64,000 nt of DNA from contig CASESH010000018.1 in assembly GCA_949290565.1 (NCBI GenBank), positions 1,585 through 65,584 on the forward strand, read 5' to 3'. A program made the translations under genes and the position numbers. Positions 10,297 to 21,337 of the stretch are shown here, piece by piece (position 1 is the stretch's first letter; each line of letters begins with the position of its first letter). The stretch is from an uncultured Christensenella sp. Lineage in GTDB: Bacteria > Bacillota > Clostridia > Christensenellales > UBA1242. The notes below the pieces were generated by a model. That model was not told the origin of the DNA. It ran no database searches and saw only the letters and a program-made list of their open reading frames with translations.

Positions 10297-12483
10297 TTAA
10301 CTTAAATTTTGAGGGTCATCTTCAACAAAAATTGAGACTTTATTTTGCTTACATTTATCGCAAATTTCATATATTTTTGGTATAATGGTTGCCTGATTTT
10401 TTTTATTTATTCTCATCATAATTTGGTACCTAAAATTCTTTTGAATTCTTTTCTTAGGACATTTCATAGCATGAAGATAAACAAAATCACTAGAATATGT
10501 TTGTTGCAAAAAATTAATCTCATCATATATGTTTTTTAGAACAATCTCGGCTTTTTCAAAATTTTCACTAATTACAAGCACCCTAAGAAGATGAACAAAA
10601 GGTGGAAATTTAGTTACTTCTCTAAGATTTATCTCACGTTTAAAAAAAGCCTTGTAATCATATGTGGAAGCATATCTATAAGCATAGTGCCTTGGGAAAT
10701 AAGTCTGTAAAACAACTTTACCCTCGCTATCACTTCTCCCAGCCCTACCAGCGACCTGAGTAATTAACTGAAAAGTCCTTTCTATTGCTCGATAGTCACT
10801 AAAATGTAAACTAACATCAGCATCAACTATTCCAACAAGCGTAACATTATTAAAGTCGTGCCCTTTTGCTATCATTTGAGTTCCAACTAAAATTGACGGG
10901 CTAGTGTTATTGAATTGCTCTAAAACCTCAGCATAACTATTTTTGTTTCTTGTCGTATCATTGTCAAGTCTAAATATCGGGACATCAAAAATCTTTTTTA
11001 ATTCATCAACAACTCTTTGTGTTCCAACTGCTCCGTATCTTATTGAACTACTTCCACATTTTGGACAAACAGTCATTTTTTTATATCTTTTATCACAGTA
11101 ATGACATTTTAGCATATCATCTTCTTTGTGATAAACTAGTGAAACATCACAGTCCTGACATTTTGGCACATAAGCACAATTATTACACATTATAAAAGAT
11201 GAATAGCCTCTACGATTTATAAAAATCATTGCTTGATTGTTTTGCGCTAAACAACTTTCTAGTTCTGCTATTAGGCGATAAGAAAAAATATTAATATTGC
11301 CCTTCATTGGTTCAAGCATCATATCAACAATTTCAATATTGGGCATCTGTTTTTGATTGGCCCTATCAGTTAGAGTTAAAAGTCTATACTCGCCTGTGCT
11401 AGCAAGATAATAACTCTCAACACTAGGCGTAGCACTTCCTAAAACAAGTGGGCAGTTATTAAGATAAGCAAGGTATTTTGCTACTTCGTGAGTGTGAAAT
11501 CTAGGATTGCTTTGACTAAAATAACTACTATCATGTTCTTCATCAATAATAATAATTCCTAAATCTTCAATAGGAGCAAAAATACATGACCTAGCACCGA
11601 TAGCAATTTTGGCCTGTTTGTTTTTTATTCTATTCCACTCATCAAACCTCTCCCCCTGAGATAAGTTAGAATGTAAAATTGCAACTGTATCACCAAAGGC
11701 GTTTCTAAATCTAGCGAACATTTGAGGAGTTAAAGAAATTTCTGGTACAAGCATAATTGCCGTCTTACCTTGTTTTAAAGCATTTTTTATACAATTTATG
11801 TAAACCTCTGTTTTGCCACTTCCTGTTACGCCGTGGAGTAAGTAAGTTGCATATTTTGATTTAGTAATTTTATCTACGGCTTCTTGTTGTTGCTTGTTTA
11901 AAACGATTTCTTTTTTCTTTACAGTAAAAGTTGACTTTGGTTTTCTATCCTCTTGAACGCTTTTTATAATTGCAAAACCTTTTTGTAAAACATTTTTTAA
12001 AGTAGATGAGGAGAATTCTTTTAATATTATCTCTTTTTTAACTTCTCCCCTTTCTTGTAAAAAGAGTAATAATCTTATCTGTTCTTTTGCCTTTTGACTC
12101 AAAACAGGAATTGATTGAAAGTTTGGTAAAACATACTCTATATACTTAGCCTTAACCTTACCACTTATCACAATAGGAGGTAGACATAATTTTATAACAT
12201 CTATTGCACGAAGATAAAAATTTTTCTTCATAAAAAAACACAGCCTTAGCATATTTTGAGTTAGCAAAGGTTGTGCTTCTTTAACTGAAACTATATCTTT
12301 TATTTTGTCCAAATCGTAATTAGAAGTCTCTTTGATATTAATTACAAAACCATCAACCTTTTTGCTACCAAACATAACGACTACTCTATGCCCAACTTTA
12401 ACATCCAAACCATCAGGTATAGAATAATCAAAAATTTTGTCTGTTGTGCTAGATGTAATATCAACTATAACTTCTGCAATCAT
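10297..12483 (-). CDS. priA: Primosomal protein N' (PriA helicase)
   Basis: GVTGSGKTEVY, DEEH, paired CxxC zinc clusters, QVAGRAGR. Confidence 0.97.
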   Translation of the reverse strand: MIAEVIVDITSSTTDKIFDYSIPDGLDVKVGHRVVVMFGSKKVDGFVINIKETSNYDLDKIKDIVSVKEAQPLLTQNMLRLCFFMKKNFYLRAIDVIKLCLPPIVISGKVKAKYIEYVLPNFQSIPVLSQKAKEQIRLLLFLQERGEVKKEIILKEFSSSTLKNVLQKGFAIIKSVQEDRKPKSTFTVKKKEIVLNKQQQEAVDKITKSKYATYLLHGVTGSGKTEVYINCIKNALKQGKTAIMLVPEISLTPQMFARFRNAFGDTVAILHSNLSQGERFDEWNRIKNKQAKIAIGARSCIFAPIEDLGIIIIDEEHDSSYFSQSNPRFHTHEVAKYLAYLNNCPLVLGSATPSVESYYLASTGEYRLLTLTDRANQKQMPNIEIVDMMLEPMKGNINIFSYRLIAELESCLAQNNQAMIFINRRGYSSFIMCNNCAYVPKCQDCDVSLVYHKEDDMLKCHYCDKRYKKMTVCPKCGSSSIRYGAVGTQRVVDELKKIFDVPIFRLDNDTTRNKNSYAEVLEQFNNTSPSILVGTQMIAKGHDFNNVTLVGIVDADVSLHFSDYRAIERTFQLITQVAGRAGRSDSEGKVVLQTYFPRHYAYRYASTYDYKAFFKREINLREVTKFPPFVHLLRVLVISENFEKAEIVLKNIYDEINFLQQTYSSDFVYLHAMKCPKKRIQKNFRYQIMMRINKKNQATIIPKIYEICDKCKQNKVSIFVEDDPQNLS

Positions 12484-12490
12484 ATAAAAC

Positions 12491-12772
12491 CTACTTATTA
12501 TCTAATTTTGTATCATCTACTTTTTCAGTTGCAATGTAGTTATTTACTTGATTGTCTTTTCCTGCCTTTTTAGGGTCAGTAATTACAATTTTACCTGCAT
12601 ACAACTCACGAGCAGCAATAGAAATTGCCTTTTCATCACTATGCTCAATATATTCTGGCATATCTTTTTCTAATTCCTTAGCCCTCTTTGCAACGATATT
12701 AGTTAAAATATATTCATTACCAGCAATCTTTTTTAATTCCTCAATAGGTGGATCAATCATCATAATAATCAA
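12491..12772 (-). CDS. rpoZ: RNA polymerase omega subunit
   Basis: PPIEEL...NEYILTNIVAKRAKEL...KAISIAAREL pattern; position upstream of priA. Confidence 0.88.
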   Translation of the reverse strand: MIIMMIDPPIEELKKIAGNEYILTNIVAKRAKELEKDMPEYIEHSDEKAISIAARELYAGKIVITDPKKAGKDNQVNNYIATEKVDDTKLDNK

Positions 12773-13027
12773 TGTCCTTTTAAATTTATTTCACTAGACT
12801 AGTCTAACACAAACAAACTCAATTTGCAAGAGATTATTTTACTATACAATAAATTTTATACTTAAATCAAACTCAGTTATAATAACTAAAAATAAAAGTA
12901 TTATATAATTAATAAGTTTATCTAATTGTGTTCTTTAAAAAAATATTAAATCACAAGCAAAAAAAGTATAAATTTTATCTGTTGTATAACCTTTAAAAAT
13001 TTAGTAAAAAGTAGATTTTACATATTT

Positions 13028-14986
13028 TTATAAATTTTTTACAAAGTCATCTTCATATAAAACTAAAATATTTAAAGCCCTTGCCTTATCAAGTTTACTG
13101 CCCGCATCACTACCACAAACAACGCAATCAGTATTTTTTGAAACGCTAGAAACCACTTCGCCACCCCTATCTTCGATAAGTTTGGTTGCCTGACTACGCT
13201 TATAGTTTTCTAAGGTACCTGTTAAAACAACTTTTTTATTGTAAAAGAAATTATTTAAATCAACTTCTTTTTTCTCTTGTTGTTCTATTGTGACACCACT
13301 ATCTAACAAATTTTGAATTTCCAACAAATTACTTTTAGATTTAAAAAAATCAACAATATTTTCAGCAATAACATTTCCTATGTCATTAATTTCGACTAAC
13401 TCATCAAAAGTAGCACACTTTAAGGCGTCTAAATTAGTAAATTTTTTTGCTAAATCCTTTGCTGTTTTTTCTCCTACTCCATCAATACCTAAGGCATCAA
13501 TAAAATTATTAAACTGACAATTTTTGCTTTTTTCAATACTATGCAATAGATTTGAAATTTTCTTATCTTTAAATCCCTCAATTCCTTCTAAATCACTTTT
13601 GCTTAATTTGTACAAATCACTTGCTTGTCTTATTAATTTAAGGTCAAACAAAGTAGTAATTATTTTATCGCTAAGTCCAACAATATTCATACAACTTTTT
13701 GAAGCAAAATAAGTTATTTTATTTATTTGTTTTTCCCTACAAAACTCATTTGTACAAAACAAATTAATTCCTATTTCTATCAACTTTTGATTGCAACTTG
13801 GGCAATGAGTTGGCTTTTGTATTTGTGTAGAATTGTCAAATTTTTGTGCTAATCCTAAAATTTCAGGTATAACCTCGTTACTTCTTCTAACAAAAACAAG
13901 ACTATTTAATAAGATGTTTTTTCTCTTTATATCATCGTAATTGTTTAATGTCGCCCTTGAAACAACTGCCCCCGCAAGTTCAATAGGTTCAATAATTCCA
14001 ATAGGATTTATTTTTCCCGTTCGTCCAACATTCCACTCTACTTTTTTTAACATACTAGTCATTTCAACGGGTGCAAATTTGTATGCAATCGCCCATTTAG
14101 GGAATTTGGTAGTATAGCCAATTTCTTCTCTCATAGCAAGATTATCAAGTTTAATTACAATTCCATCTATTAAAATATTTAATTTACTTTTTATCTTGTC
14201 AACTCTATCAATAATTTCTTTTATTTGCTCAGCCGTTTGACAAACCTCAAAAAGTTGTCCGGTCAAAAATTTATTTGCCTTTAAAAATTCCTGAACTTTT
14301 TGCTGACTGTCAATATGTTTATCATCAATGCTTATTATGTCATAAAAGACTACGTCTAAATTTCTCTTTGCAGTTACCTTTGGGTCCAAATTCCTTATTG
14401 CCCCAGCGACTGCATTTCTGGCATTCTTTAACTTTTCATCGGCAGTCTTATTGTACTTTGCCAAGTTTTCAAGAGTAATTATTCCCTCTCCTGCGACAGT
14501 CAAATCTCCCATATAATCAATTTTTAATGGAACAGATTTGATTGTTTTAACTTGTTCGGTTATTTCTTCTCCAACAATTCCATCTCCTCGGGTTGCAGCC
14601 TCGTACAATAAACCATTCTTGTACTTAACTATTACTCTTAAACCATCAAATTTGTACTCGACGGTAAATTTAGGATTTTTAACAAGAGACTCAATATCTA
14701 AAACAAACTTTTTAAGTCCTTGAATATCATTACATTTATTTAAACTATACAACTTTGTTTGGTGAACTACCTTCTTGTAATCTGGTAAAACTTCTCCACC
14801 AACACGTAATGTAGGCGAAGACGGTAAAACAGTATTAGTTGTTTGTTCAAGTTGGACGAGTTCATCATATAGTTTATCATAGTCATAGTCACTAACTGTT
14901 GGTTTGTCTAAAACATAATAATTATAGGCATACTCATTTAATTTATCAACAAGGAATTTCATTCTTTCCATTGTCTGTTCTTGCAT
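13028..14986 (-). CDS. ligA: NAD-dependent DNA ligase
   Basis: EYKFDG, ATRGDG, zinc finger CPSC..C..C, C-terminal BRCT (AGSKLDKA). Confidence 0.97.
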   Translation of the reverse strand: MQEQTMERMKFLVDKLNEYAYNYYVLDKPTVSDYDYDKLYDELVQLEQTTNTVLPSSPTLRVGGEVLPDYKKVVHQTKLYSLNKCNDIQGLKKFVLDIESLVKNPKFTVEYKFDGLRVIVKYKNGLLYEAATRGDGIVGEEITEQVKTIKSVPLKIDYMGDLTVAGEGIITLENLAKYNKTADEKLKNARNAVAGAIRNLDPKVTAKRNLDVVFYDIISIDDKHIDSQQKVQEFLKANKFLTGQLFEVCQTAEQIKEIIDRVDKIKSKLNILIDGIVIKLDNLAMREEIGYTTKFPKWAIAYKFAPVEMTSMLKKVEWNVGRTGKINPIGIIEPIELAGAVVSRATLNNYDDIKRKNILLNSLVFVRRSNEVIPEILGLAQKFDNSTQIQKPTHCPSCNQKLIEIGINLFCTNEFCREKQINKITYFASKSCMNIVGLSDKIITTLFDLKLIRQASDLYKLSKSDLEGIEGFKDKKISNLLHSIEKSKNCQFNNFIDALGIDGVGEKTAKDLAKKFTNLDALKCATFDELVEINDIGNVIAENIVDFFKSKSNLLEIQNLLDSGVTIEQQEKKEVDLNNFFYNKKVVLTGTLENYKRSQATKLIEDRGGEVVSSVSKNTDCVVCGSDAGSKLDKARALNILVLYEDDFVKNL

Positions 14987-14989
14987 ATT

Positions 14990-17287
14990 TTAGTCCTCCA
15001 CAACTGTAATTGGTGCGTACTCGACTGAAAGCGTTTTTCTTCCAAAATTTTCAAATTCAATCGTAACGCATTTTGTAAGAGCAATACCCGTATTAATTGT
15101 AATTACACCCTTACCAAATTTAGGATGAGTTACAGTTTTTCCAACGGCATATTTTTTTTCAATCAACTCATCTTTTTTATTAACTAGCGAACTACCTTCA
15201 AGCGAAAAACTTGTCTTTTTAGAAAAAGTTGGAAATGAATTAACTTTGCTTTCACTTTGTCTGTTGTAAGTAGGTTTTGTAAATAAATAGGAATTATTAA
15301 AACTGCTAGCGTTATTATTATAATTATTGTAACCACCTGTGAAGTTATCAGCAATAAGTTCACATTCCTTTAAAAACCTAGAAGGAGTCATATACTCAGT
15401 TCTACCATACATAAAACGGCTATTAGCACTCGACAAAAATAATTTTTCTTTTGCTCGTGTAATTGCTACGAACATAAGCCTCCTTTCTTCCTCTAAGTCG
15501 CTAGAAGAAGAATATGCCCTTATTATAGGAAACATTTTTTCTTCTAACCCAATAACAAAAACAACTCTAAATTCCAACCCCTTAACAGCGTGAACAGTTG
15601 CCAAGGTAACAGTGTTATTTTTATCGTCATACATATCCATATCAGTTATCAAAGTTATAGATTGCAAAAATTCACTAACTGTGCTTTTTAGGTTGTTTTT
15701 GAAATATTCTTGTGCCAGCAATATAAAATTATCTATATTAAGTAATCTCGCTAAATCTTCCTCGCTACTAGTTGAATATATTGATTTAAAATTCACAGTT
15801 TGAACTAAATATTTAATAAATTCAATTCCATTAAGTTGGTCATATGCTTGATTTAGCAAAACGACTATATCTTTAAAAGGTTTTATCTTTTTTTCAATGG
15901 CGTTATCTAGTAAATATTCTTCTGAATTCAAAATTAAATTGTATGGAGTAGTGTTATGAAAAGTTGCAAGTTCAAGTAAAGTCTTTATAGTAGCCTCTCC
16001 AATCCCTCTTTTTGGAAAGTTTATAATTCTAGAAAAAGAGGTCGAATCGTATGGGTTTGAAAGCATTTTTAGATAGGCAACAAGATTTTTTATTTCTAAC
16101 CTATCAAAAAACTTATTTCCACCATATACTTTGTACGCTATGTTGTTATTTAAAAACTTTTCTTCAATAGGTGCTGTCATAGCATTCAACCTTGTTAGTA
16201 CCGCAAAATCACTATACTTATAGTTATCATAATTAACCATTCTTCTAATAGTGTTTGCAACAAACTCAGCCTCACTGAATTCATCTCTTGCCCTATAATA
16301 TAAGATGTCATCACCCATACTATTATCTGTCCACAAAATTTTGTCATTCCTTTGAGTGTTATTCTTTATGAGTTTATTTGCAAGGGTAAGAATTTTTTTT
16401 GTACTTCTATAATTTTGTTCAAGTTTTAAGAGTTTATAACCCGGAAAGTCTTTTTGAAAATCTCTTATGTTTTGAATGTTTGCCCCACGCCAAGAATAAA
16501 TACATTGGTCTTCATCTCCAACAACGAAAATATTTTTATGTTCAAGCGCAAGCAATCTAACAATTTGATATTGAATCTGGTTCGTGTCTTGAAATTCATC
16601 GACATGAATATACATAAACCTATTTTGATATCTCTTTAAAATGTCCGGGAATTCCATAAAAAGTTCATATGTTCTAATTAGCAGGTCGTCAAAATCAAGG
16701 GCGTTATTATTTGCTAAATAGTTCTGGTATGCAGAATAAACACTTGTAATTTCATCTATATTATCTTCGTATTGATTGAGTTTTTTATATTCCCAAGGAG
16801 AAAGATTTTTGTTTTTGGCATTTGAAATATGATAACTAACTTTTGAAGCAAAATTGTCAATTTTTATACCTAAATTTTCTATTACTGTTTTAATTGCCTT
16901 TTCTTTTTCACTGTCGGTATATATTGAAAAATTACTATCAAAATTAGCGCTATTATCTAGATTTTTTGATGATTTTAAACTCGATATATGTCGCCTTAAA
17001 ATCTTAACACACATAGAGTGAAATGTAGAAATCCATATATCTTGTGCCTCATCTCCAAGTAAATTAAAAAGTCTTTCTCTCATCTCATTTGTCGCCTTAT
17101 TAGTGAAAGTTATAGCAAGAATATTATAAGGACTAACTTGCAGGTTTTTTATTAAATATGCAACTCTATATGTAACTAATCTTGTCTTACCACTTCCAGC
17201 ACCGGCAAGCACCATAATCGCACCATTTATTTGTTTCAAAGCGTTTTCCTGAGCGCTGTTTAGTAAACTAAAATCTACTTCTTTCAC
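14990..17287 (-). CDS. pcrA: ATP-dependent DNA helicase PcrA/UvrD
   Basis: LAGAGSGKT, VDEFQDTN, VGDEDQCIYSWRGA, LEQNYRST, KGLEF, EEERRL; upstream of ligA. Confidence 0.96.
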   Translation of the reverse strand: MKEVDFSLLNSAQENALKQINGAIMVLAGAGSGKTRLVTYRVAYLIKNLQVSPYNILAITFTNKATNEMRERLFNLLGDEAQDIWISTFHSMCVKILRRHISSLKSSKNLDNSANFDSNFSIYTDSEKEKAIKTVIENLGIKIDNFASKVSYHISNAKNKNLSPWEYKKLNQYEDNIDEITSVYSAYQNYLANNNALDFDDLLIRTYELFMEFPDILKRYQNRFMYIHVDEFQDTNQIQYQIVRLLALEHKNIFVVGDEDQCIYSWRGANIQNIRDFQKDFPGYKLLKLEQNYRSTKKILTLANKLIKNNTQRNDKILWTDNSMGDDILYYRARDEFSEAEFVANTIRRMVNYDNYKYSDFAVLTRLNAMTAPIEEKFLNNNIAYKVYGGNKFFDRLEIKNLVAYLKMLSNPYDSTSFSRIINFPKRGIGEATIKTLLELATFHNTTPYNLILNSEEYLLDNAIEKKIKPFKDIVVLLNQAYDQLNGIEFIKYLVQTVNFKSIYSTSSEEDLARLLNIDNFILLAQEYFKNNLKSTVSEFLQSITLITDMDMYDDKNNTVTLATVHAVKGLEFRVVFVIGLEEKMFPIIRAYSSSSDLEEERRLMFVAITRAKEKLFLSSANSRFMYGRTEYMTPSRFLKECELIADNFTGGYNNYNNNASSFNNSYLFTKPTYNRQSESKVNSFPTFSKKTSFSLEGSSLVNKKDELIEKKYAVGKTVTHPKFGKGVITINTGIALTKCVTIEFENFGRKTLSVEYAPITVVED

Positions 17288-17383
17288 TTTTTTTCCCCTT
17301 GTCTAACCGTAACCTCTACAATATAAAAATTATACATAAATAAGAAAAAAAAGCAACTAAACATTTATTGCTTACAATCTAAA

Positions 17384-17700
17384 TTATTCAAATAAATTAA
17401 TTATTATTTTATTTTGTCTTAAAGCATAATCATAGGCAATTTTTGTTCCACTTTTTGCAAACACAAATGTTTTATTCTTGCCTACTTTTTTGATTATAGT
17501 AATTTTTATTAAAGTAAAAAATACAAATGTCACTATTATCTATCATTGCTTTGTTTCTTTGTACATAACTTGCCTTGCTACCTACACTATTTGCTTTATA
17601 ATAGCAATCTTCTTCATATGTTATCAAATTAAATTCTTCACAAGGAGCAAATGATATTTTTTTCTGCAACAAATCTCTTTGACTTTAATGATTCAGAAGA
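17384..17700 (-). pseudogene. Remnant of a SLOG-superfamily (DUF1273/YpsA-like) gene
   Basis: ORF 17472-17672 has YVQRNKAMIDNSDICIFYF. A different frame continues KSGTKIAYDYALRQNKIIINLFE* to 17384. The N-terminus is missing. Confidence 0.7.
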
Positions 17701-17896
17701 CATTTACTAAATCTAGATACTAAACTAAAATGTGTTAAAATTATTTTTAAATTTTCAATACTACATTATAAAAAAATAATTCATTTTTTAACATATTTAA
17801 TTATTATAAAATAAATTAGTATTATTTTTTTACATATTTAATTTACTATAAAATAAATTATTTAATTAAGGCCAAAAAAAATTGTATATTAAAATA

Positions 17897-17921
17897 AAAA
17901 AGTCAACCGTAAAAGTTGACT
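17897..17921 (-). terminator. Intrinsic terminator after the 131-aa ORF
   Basis: aaaaagtcaac-cgtaaaa-gttgact hairpin with U-tract on minus strand. Confidence 0.55.
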
Positions 17922-17952
17922 AAACTATTTTTAGTTCATTAAATTTTAAGAA

Positions 17953-18348
17953 TTATACAAAACTAAAAGCGTGTTCTTTATAGTATCTATTTCTTAAAAA
18001 CTTATACTTTTGTGTTAAATTATTTAAGTAAAATTGCTTAGCCTCAGTGTCAAGTGAACTAAACAAATCTTTATCAATAAGAGATAAAATTGGATTTTGA
18101 GTACAATTTGTTTCTATTAACTCGCAAACTCTTTTATACAAATCATCATCATAAGAAATTGACCTTTTGTAATCTTCCCTCTTTTTGCAACACACATCTC
18201 TATGCTCATAGATATATTTTGCAAATGAAGTGGCATTATCTATTGTAGTGCTTTTAAAATCTCTTGTATAATTATTGTTTTTAAGTCTTTCTTTCGCACT
18301 CTTTGCAAGTGAACAAATACTCCCTCTTTTACTCTCCTTGCTAATCAT
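17953..18348 (-). CDS. Hypothetical protein (131 aa)
   Basis: Strong RBS (AAGGGAGG) upstream and own terminator; no family recognised. Confidence 0.75.
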   Translation of the reverse strand: MISKESKRGSICSLAKSAKERLKNNNYTRDFKSTTIDNATSFAKYIYEHRDVCCKKREDYKRSISYDDDLYKRVCELIETNCTQNPILSLIDKDLFSSLDTEAKQFYLNNLTQKYKFLRNRYYKEHAFSFV

Positions 18349-18793
18349 TATAACACAAAAAACCTCCCTTAAAAATCACACGCAAAAACATTCAATATTA
18401 TACTGAATAATCATTAGTTTGCAACTTTTAACGAAAGAATAAAGTGTCTTTTTTTGATGAAAAAATAAATAAAATTAGAAATAAGATACACTTAAAATAT
18501 TAATGAATTTTTTTTATAAAAACTAAACAAAAAACAAAAAAATTGTAAATAAAATATAAAAAATTTACAACTAACATCTACAATTTATTAGAAAAAAATA
18601 AAAGAAAAGATACAAAAATAACAAAATTACAATTGTTTTATTATAGATAAATTTTTATTTGTTTATTCAAGATAAATTGAAATTAAATAAATTTTTCTTG
18701 TAAAGAAAGTAGAAAAACTAATTTATTTTAGTTAATTAATTTTAAAAATTTATTATTATAAAAGAAGTTATAATTTTTGTAATTAGAAAATAA

Positions 18794-18820
18794 AAAAAGT
18801 CCTTTAAATTAGGACCTTTA
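18794..18820 (-). terminator. Intrinsic terminator after rpsU
   Basis: aaaaaaa-gtcct-ttaaatt-aggac hairpin directly after the stop codon. Confidence 0.6.
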
Positions 18821-18822
18821 TT

Positions 18823-18999
18823 TTACTTAAATCTTTTCTTTCTAGCATTTTCGCTTTTCTTCTTTCTAGCAACCGAAGGTTTTTCGTATGCTTCCTTTTT
18901 TCTTAAATCACCAATTATGCCATCTTTTTGACATTTTCTCTTAAATCTCTTAATAGCACTTTCAAGGCTTTCAGTTTCTCCAACCTTAACTGTTGACAT
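18823..18999 (-). CDS. rpsU: 30S ribosomal protein S21 (58 aa, below ORF-track cutoff)
   Basis: Hand translation [70 protein letters not shown]. Confidence 0.97.
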   Translation of the reverse strand: MSTVKVGETESLESAIKRFKRKCQKDGIIGDLRKKEAYEKPSVARKKKSENARKKRFK

Positions 19000-19222
19000 A
19001 CTCTATTTCACCTCCTTTACCAAAAGCAAATCTTTATTCATTATATTCAAAATTTTATATTTGTCAATCTTTTAAATTAAAAACAAGCAAAGAAAAGTAT
19101 AATTTTAAATATAAAATTACTTTTTATTTATTTAAAGAATTTAAATTATGTTAAATTCTTAGTTAAACAATTAAAAAATTATAATATACAATTTATATTA
19201 CAAAATTATTTAAGAAAATATT

Positions 19223-20467
19223 TTATTTTATTAACTCGCACCTTAATCCAGATTTATAAACATCTTTTGCAACGCAAGTTACAATTTGATTAGGTTTACC
19301 ACAAGGTAAGTAACATTTAATGTAATTTTGACTAAATCCCTCGTAAAAATCTCCTTCTTTCTTTTCAATCAGGACTTCAAAAGTTTTATTTAAGTTTGAT
19401 TTTAAATATTCAATTTTATTCTTTTGCACCACTTTTTTAAGCCTATCTTCTCTAAGTTTAATAATGTTACCATTAATTTGAGGCAATTTACTTGCCCTTG
19501 TGCCTTCTCTTGAAGAATAAGCAAAAAAGTGAACATTGCTAAATTTTACTTTATCAACAAAGTTAAGAGTAGTTTCAAAATCTTTTTCACTCTCGGTAGG
19601 ATAACCAACAATAATATCAGTTGTTATCGCAGGATTATCAAAGTAAGAACGTATCAAATTGACTTTTTGCAAGTATAACTCTGTAGTATAGTGCCTATTC
19701 ATATCTTTTAAAGTCTTATCGCAACCACTTTGTAAAGACAAATGAAAATGAGGACAAAAATTTTTCATACTAGAAACAATTTTTAAAAATTCATCATCAA
19801 TAATACTTACTTCCATACTACTAAGTCTTATTCTACAAGGTAAATCTTTAAGAGCATACAAGACCTTACCTATTGCTCTTTCTCCGTTAATTCTATAATC
19901 GCTAACATCAATACCTGTTAAGACAATTTCTTTGCAAGAGTTTGAAAGTATGGTTGCCTCTTTTACAATACTATCTAATTTCCTAGACCTACTAAAACCT
20001 CTAAGATACGGAATTAGACAGTAAGAACAATAATTATTACAACCATCTTGAATTTTTACATAGCCTCTTGTTCTAACATTAGTTGAAACAAAACCATCTT
20101 CATATTCCTTTAAGAGAGGACAAACTAGATTACCTTTTTCCTCAAAAAGTTGAGGGATTTTACTTTTATTAGTGTTTCCAATAACATTAACTACCTGCTT
20201 TTTATCTAAAAATTGTTCAGCGTTATGTTGACTTGCACACCCACAGACATAAATTTTTGCGTTTTTGTTTATTTTAATGATTTTAGCAATCATCTGCCTA
20301 CTCTTTTTCTCAGCCTCACTTGTAACAGCGCAAGTATTGACAATGTAAATGTCAGCAAAGCAAAGTTGTTGAGTAGTAAGATATTTTTCTTTTAAAACAT
20401 TTTGTAAACTATCAATTTCGTATTGATTTACCTTACAGCCCAAATTTAATAAACAAACTTTTTCCAT
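19223..20467 (-). CDS. mtaB: tRNA t6A37 methylthiotransferase MtaB
   Basis: LGCKVNQYE, NTCAVT, KIQDGCNNYCSYC; follows rsmE in the dnaK cluster. Confidence 0.93.
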   Translation of the reverse strand: MEKVCLLNLGCKVNQYEIDSLQNVLKEKYLTTQQLCFADIYIVNTCAVTSEAEKKSRQMIAKIIKINKNAKIYVCGCASQHNAEQFLDKKQVVNVIGNTNKSKIPQLFEEKGNLVCPLLKEYEDGFVSTNVRTRGYVKIQDGCNNYCSYCLIPYLRGFSRSRKLDSIVKEATILSNSCKEIVLTGIDVSDYRINGERAIGKVLYALKDLPCRIRLSSMEVSIIDDEFLKIVSSMKNFCPHFHLSLQSGCDKTLKDMNRHYTTELYLQKVNLIRSYFDNPAITTDIIVGYPTESEKDFETTLNFVDKVKFSNVHFFAYSSREGTRASKLPQINGNIIKLREDRLKKVVQKNKIEYLKSNLNKTFEVLIEKKEGDFYEGFSQNYIKCYLPCGKPNQIVTCVAKDVYKSGLRCELIK

Positions 20468-20520
20468 TCTCTTTTCCTCTTTTAAAAGTCAACAAATAAA
20501 ATTAAATTCTTTAAAATAAA

Positions 20521-21240
20521 CTAGTCAAGCAACAACATTACAAGACTAGCAAGACTAACTGCGCAAGTTTCAGTTCTAAGAATTCTTTTGCCAAGAGTTA
20601 ACGAAATTGCATTACAATTTTTTATTTTCTCGACCTCATCGTTAGTGAAACCTCCCTCACTACCAACTATAATGGCAATATTTTTTTTATTCTTTAAATC
20701 TAAATCTCTAAAATGTTTACTTCCATCGACTTCATTTGCAAAAATAACTATGTCGTATTCTTTAAGCATTCCTAACATTTCATCGAACTTAACTGCGCTG
20801 GTTATATTCAATAAACTTGTCCTGCCACACTGTTTACAGGCGTTTACAACTATTTTATTTAATCTCTCCATTTTATTTAGGTTGTCCTTTTTAACGCAGT
20901 ATGTTGACACAAATGGAACAATTTTACTTGCCCCAAGTTCAGTTAATTTTTGAGTTATGTAGTCTAATTTATCTAGTTTTGGAAGGCCTTGAAAAAGAGT
21001 CAACTTTATTTTAGGGTTAGCAAGACAATTTTCTAAACTGATTATCTCCAAAATACTAGCGTTCTTTGTTTGACTCACAATTTGACAGTGATAAAAACAA
21101 GAATTATCATAAAAACACTTAACTTTATCTCCGACTCTATATCTTAGAACTTTACTTAAATGTTCATTTTCATTTCCTGATAAGGTTATTTTATTATCAA
21201 TAATGTCAGATTTACTTATAAAAAAACTATCTTCTCTCAT
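20521..21240 (-). CDS. rsmE: 16S rRNA m3U1498 methyltransferase RsmE
   Basis: HLSKVLR, QKLTELG, ACKQCGR, VGSEGGF, LGKRILRTET; ATG at 21240 preferred over the longer track start. Confidence 0.94.
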   Translation of the reverse strand: MREDSFFISKSDIIDNKITLSGNENEHLSKVLRYRVGDKVKCFYDNSCFYHCQIVSQTKNASILEIISLENCLANPKIKLTLFQGLPKLDKLDYITQKLTELGASKIVPFVSTYCVKKDNLNKMERLNKIVVNACKQCGRTSLLNITSAVKFDEMLGMLKEYDIVIFANEVDGSKHFRDLDLKNKKNIAIIVGSEGGFTNDEVEKIKNCNAISLTLGKRILRTETCAVSLASLVMLLLD

Positions 21241-21337
21241 AACATTGAGTTTATCAAACAATAAAAAACAAGTCAATTATCAAATTAACTTGTTTTTTAA
21301 AATGTATTTTAAGTATTTATATACAAACTTCTTAAAA

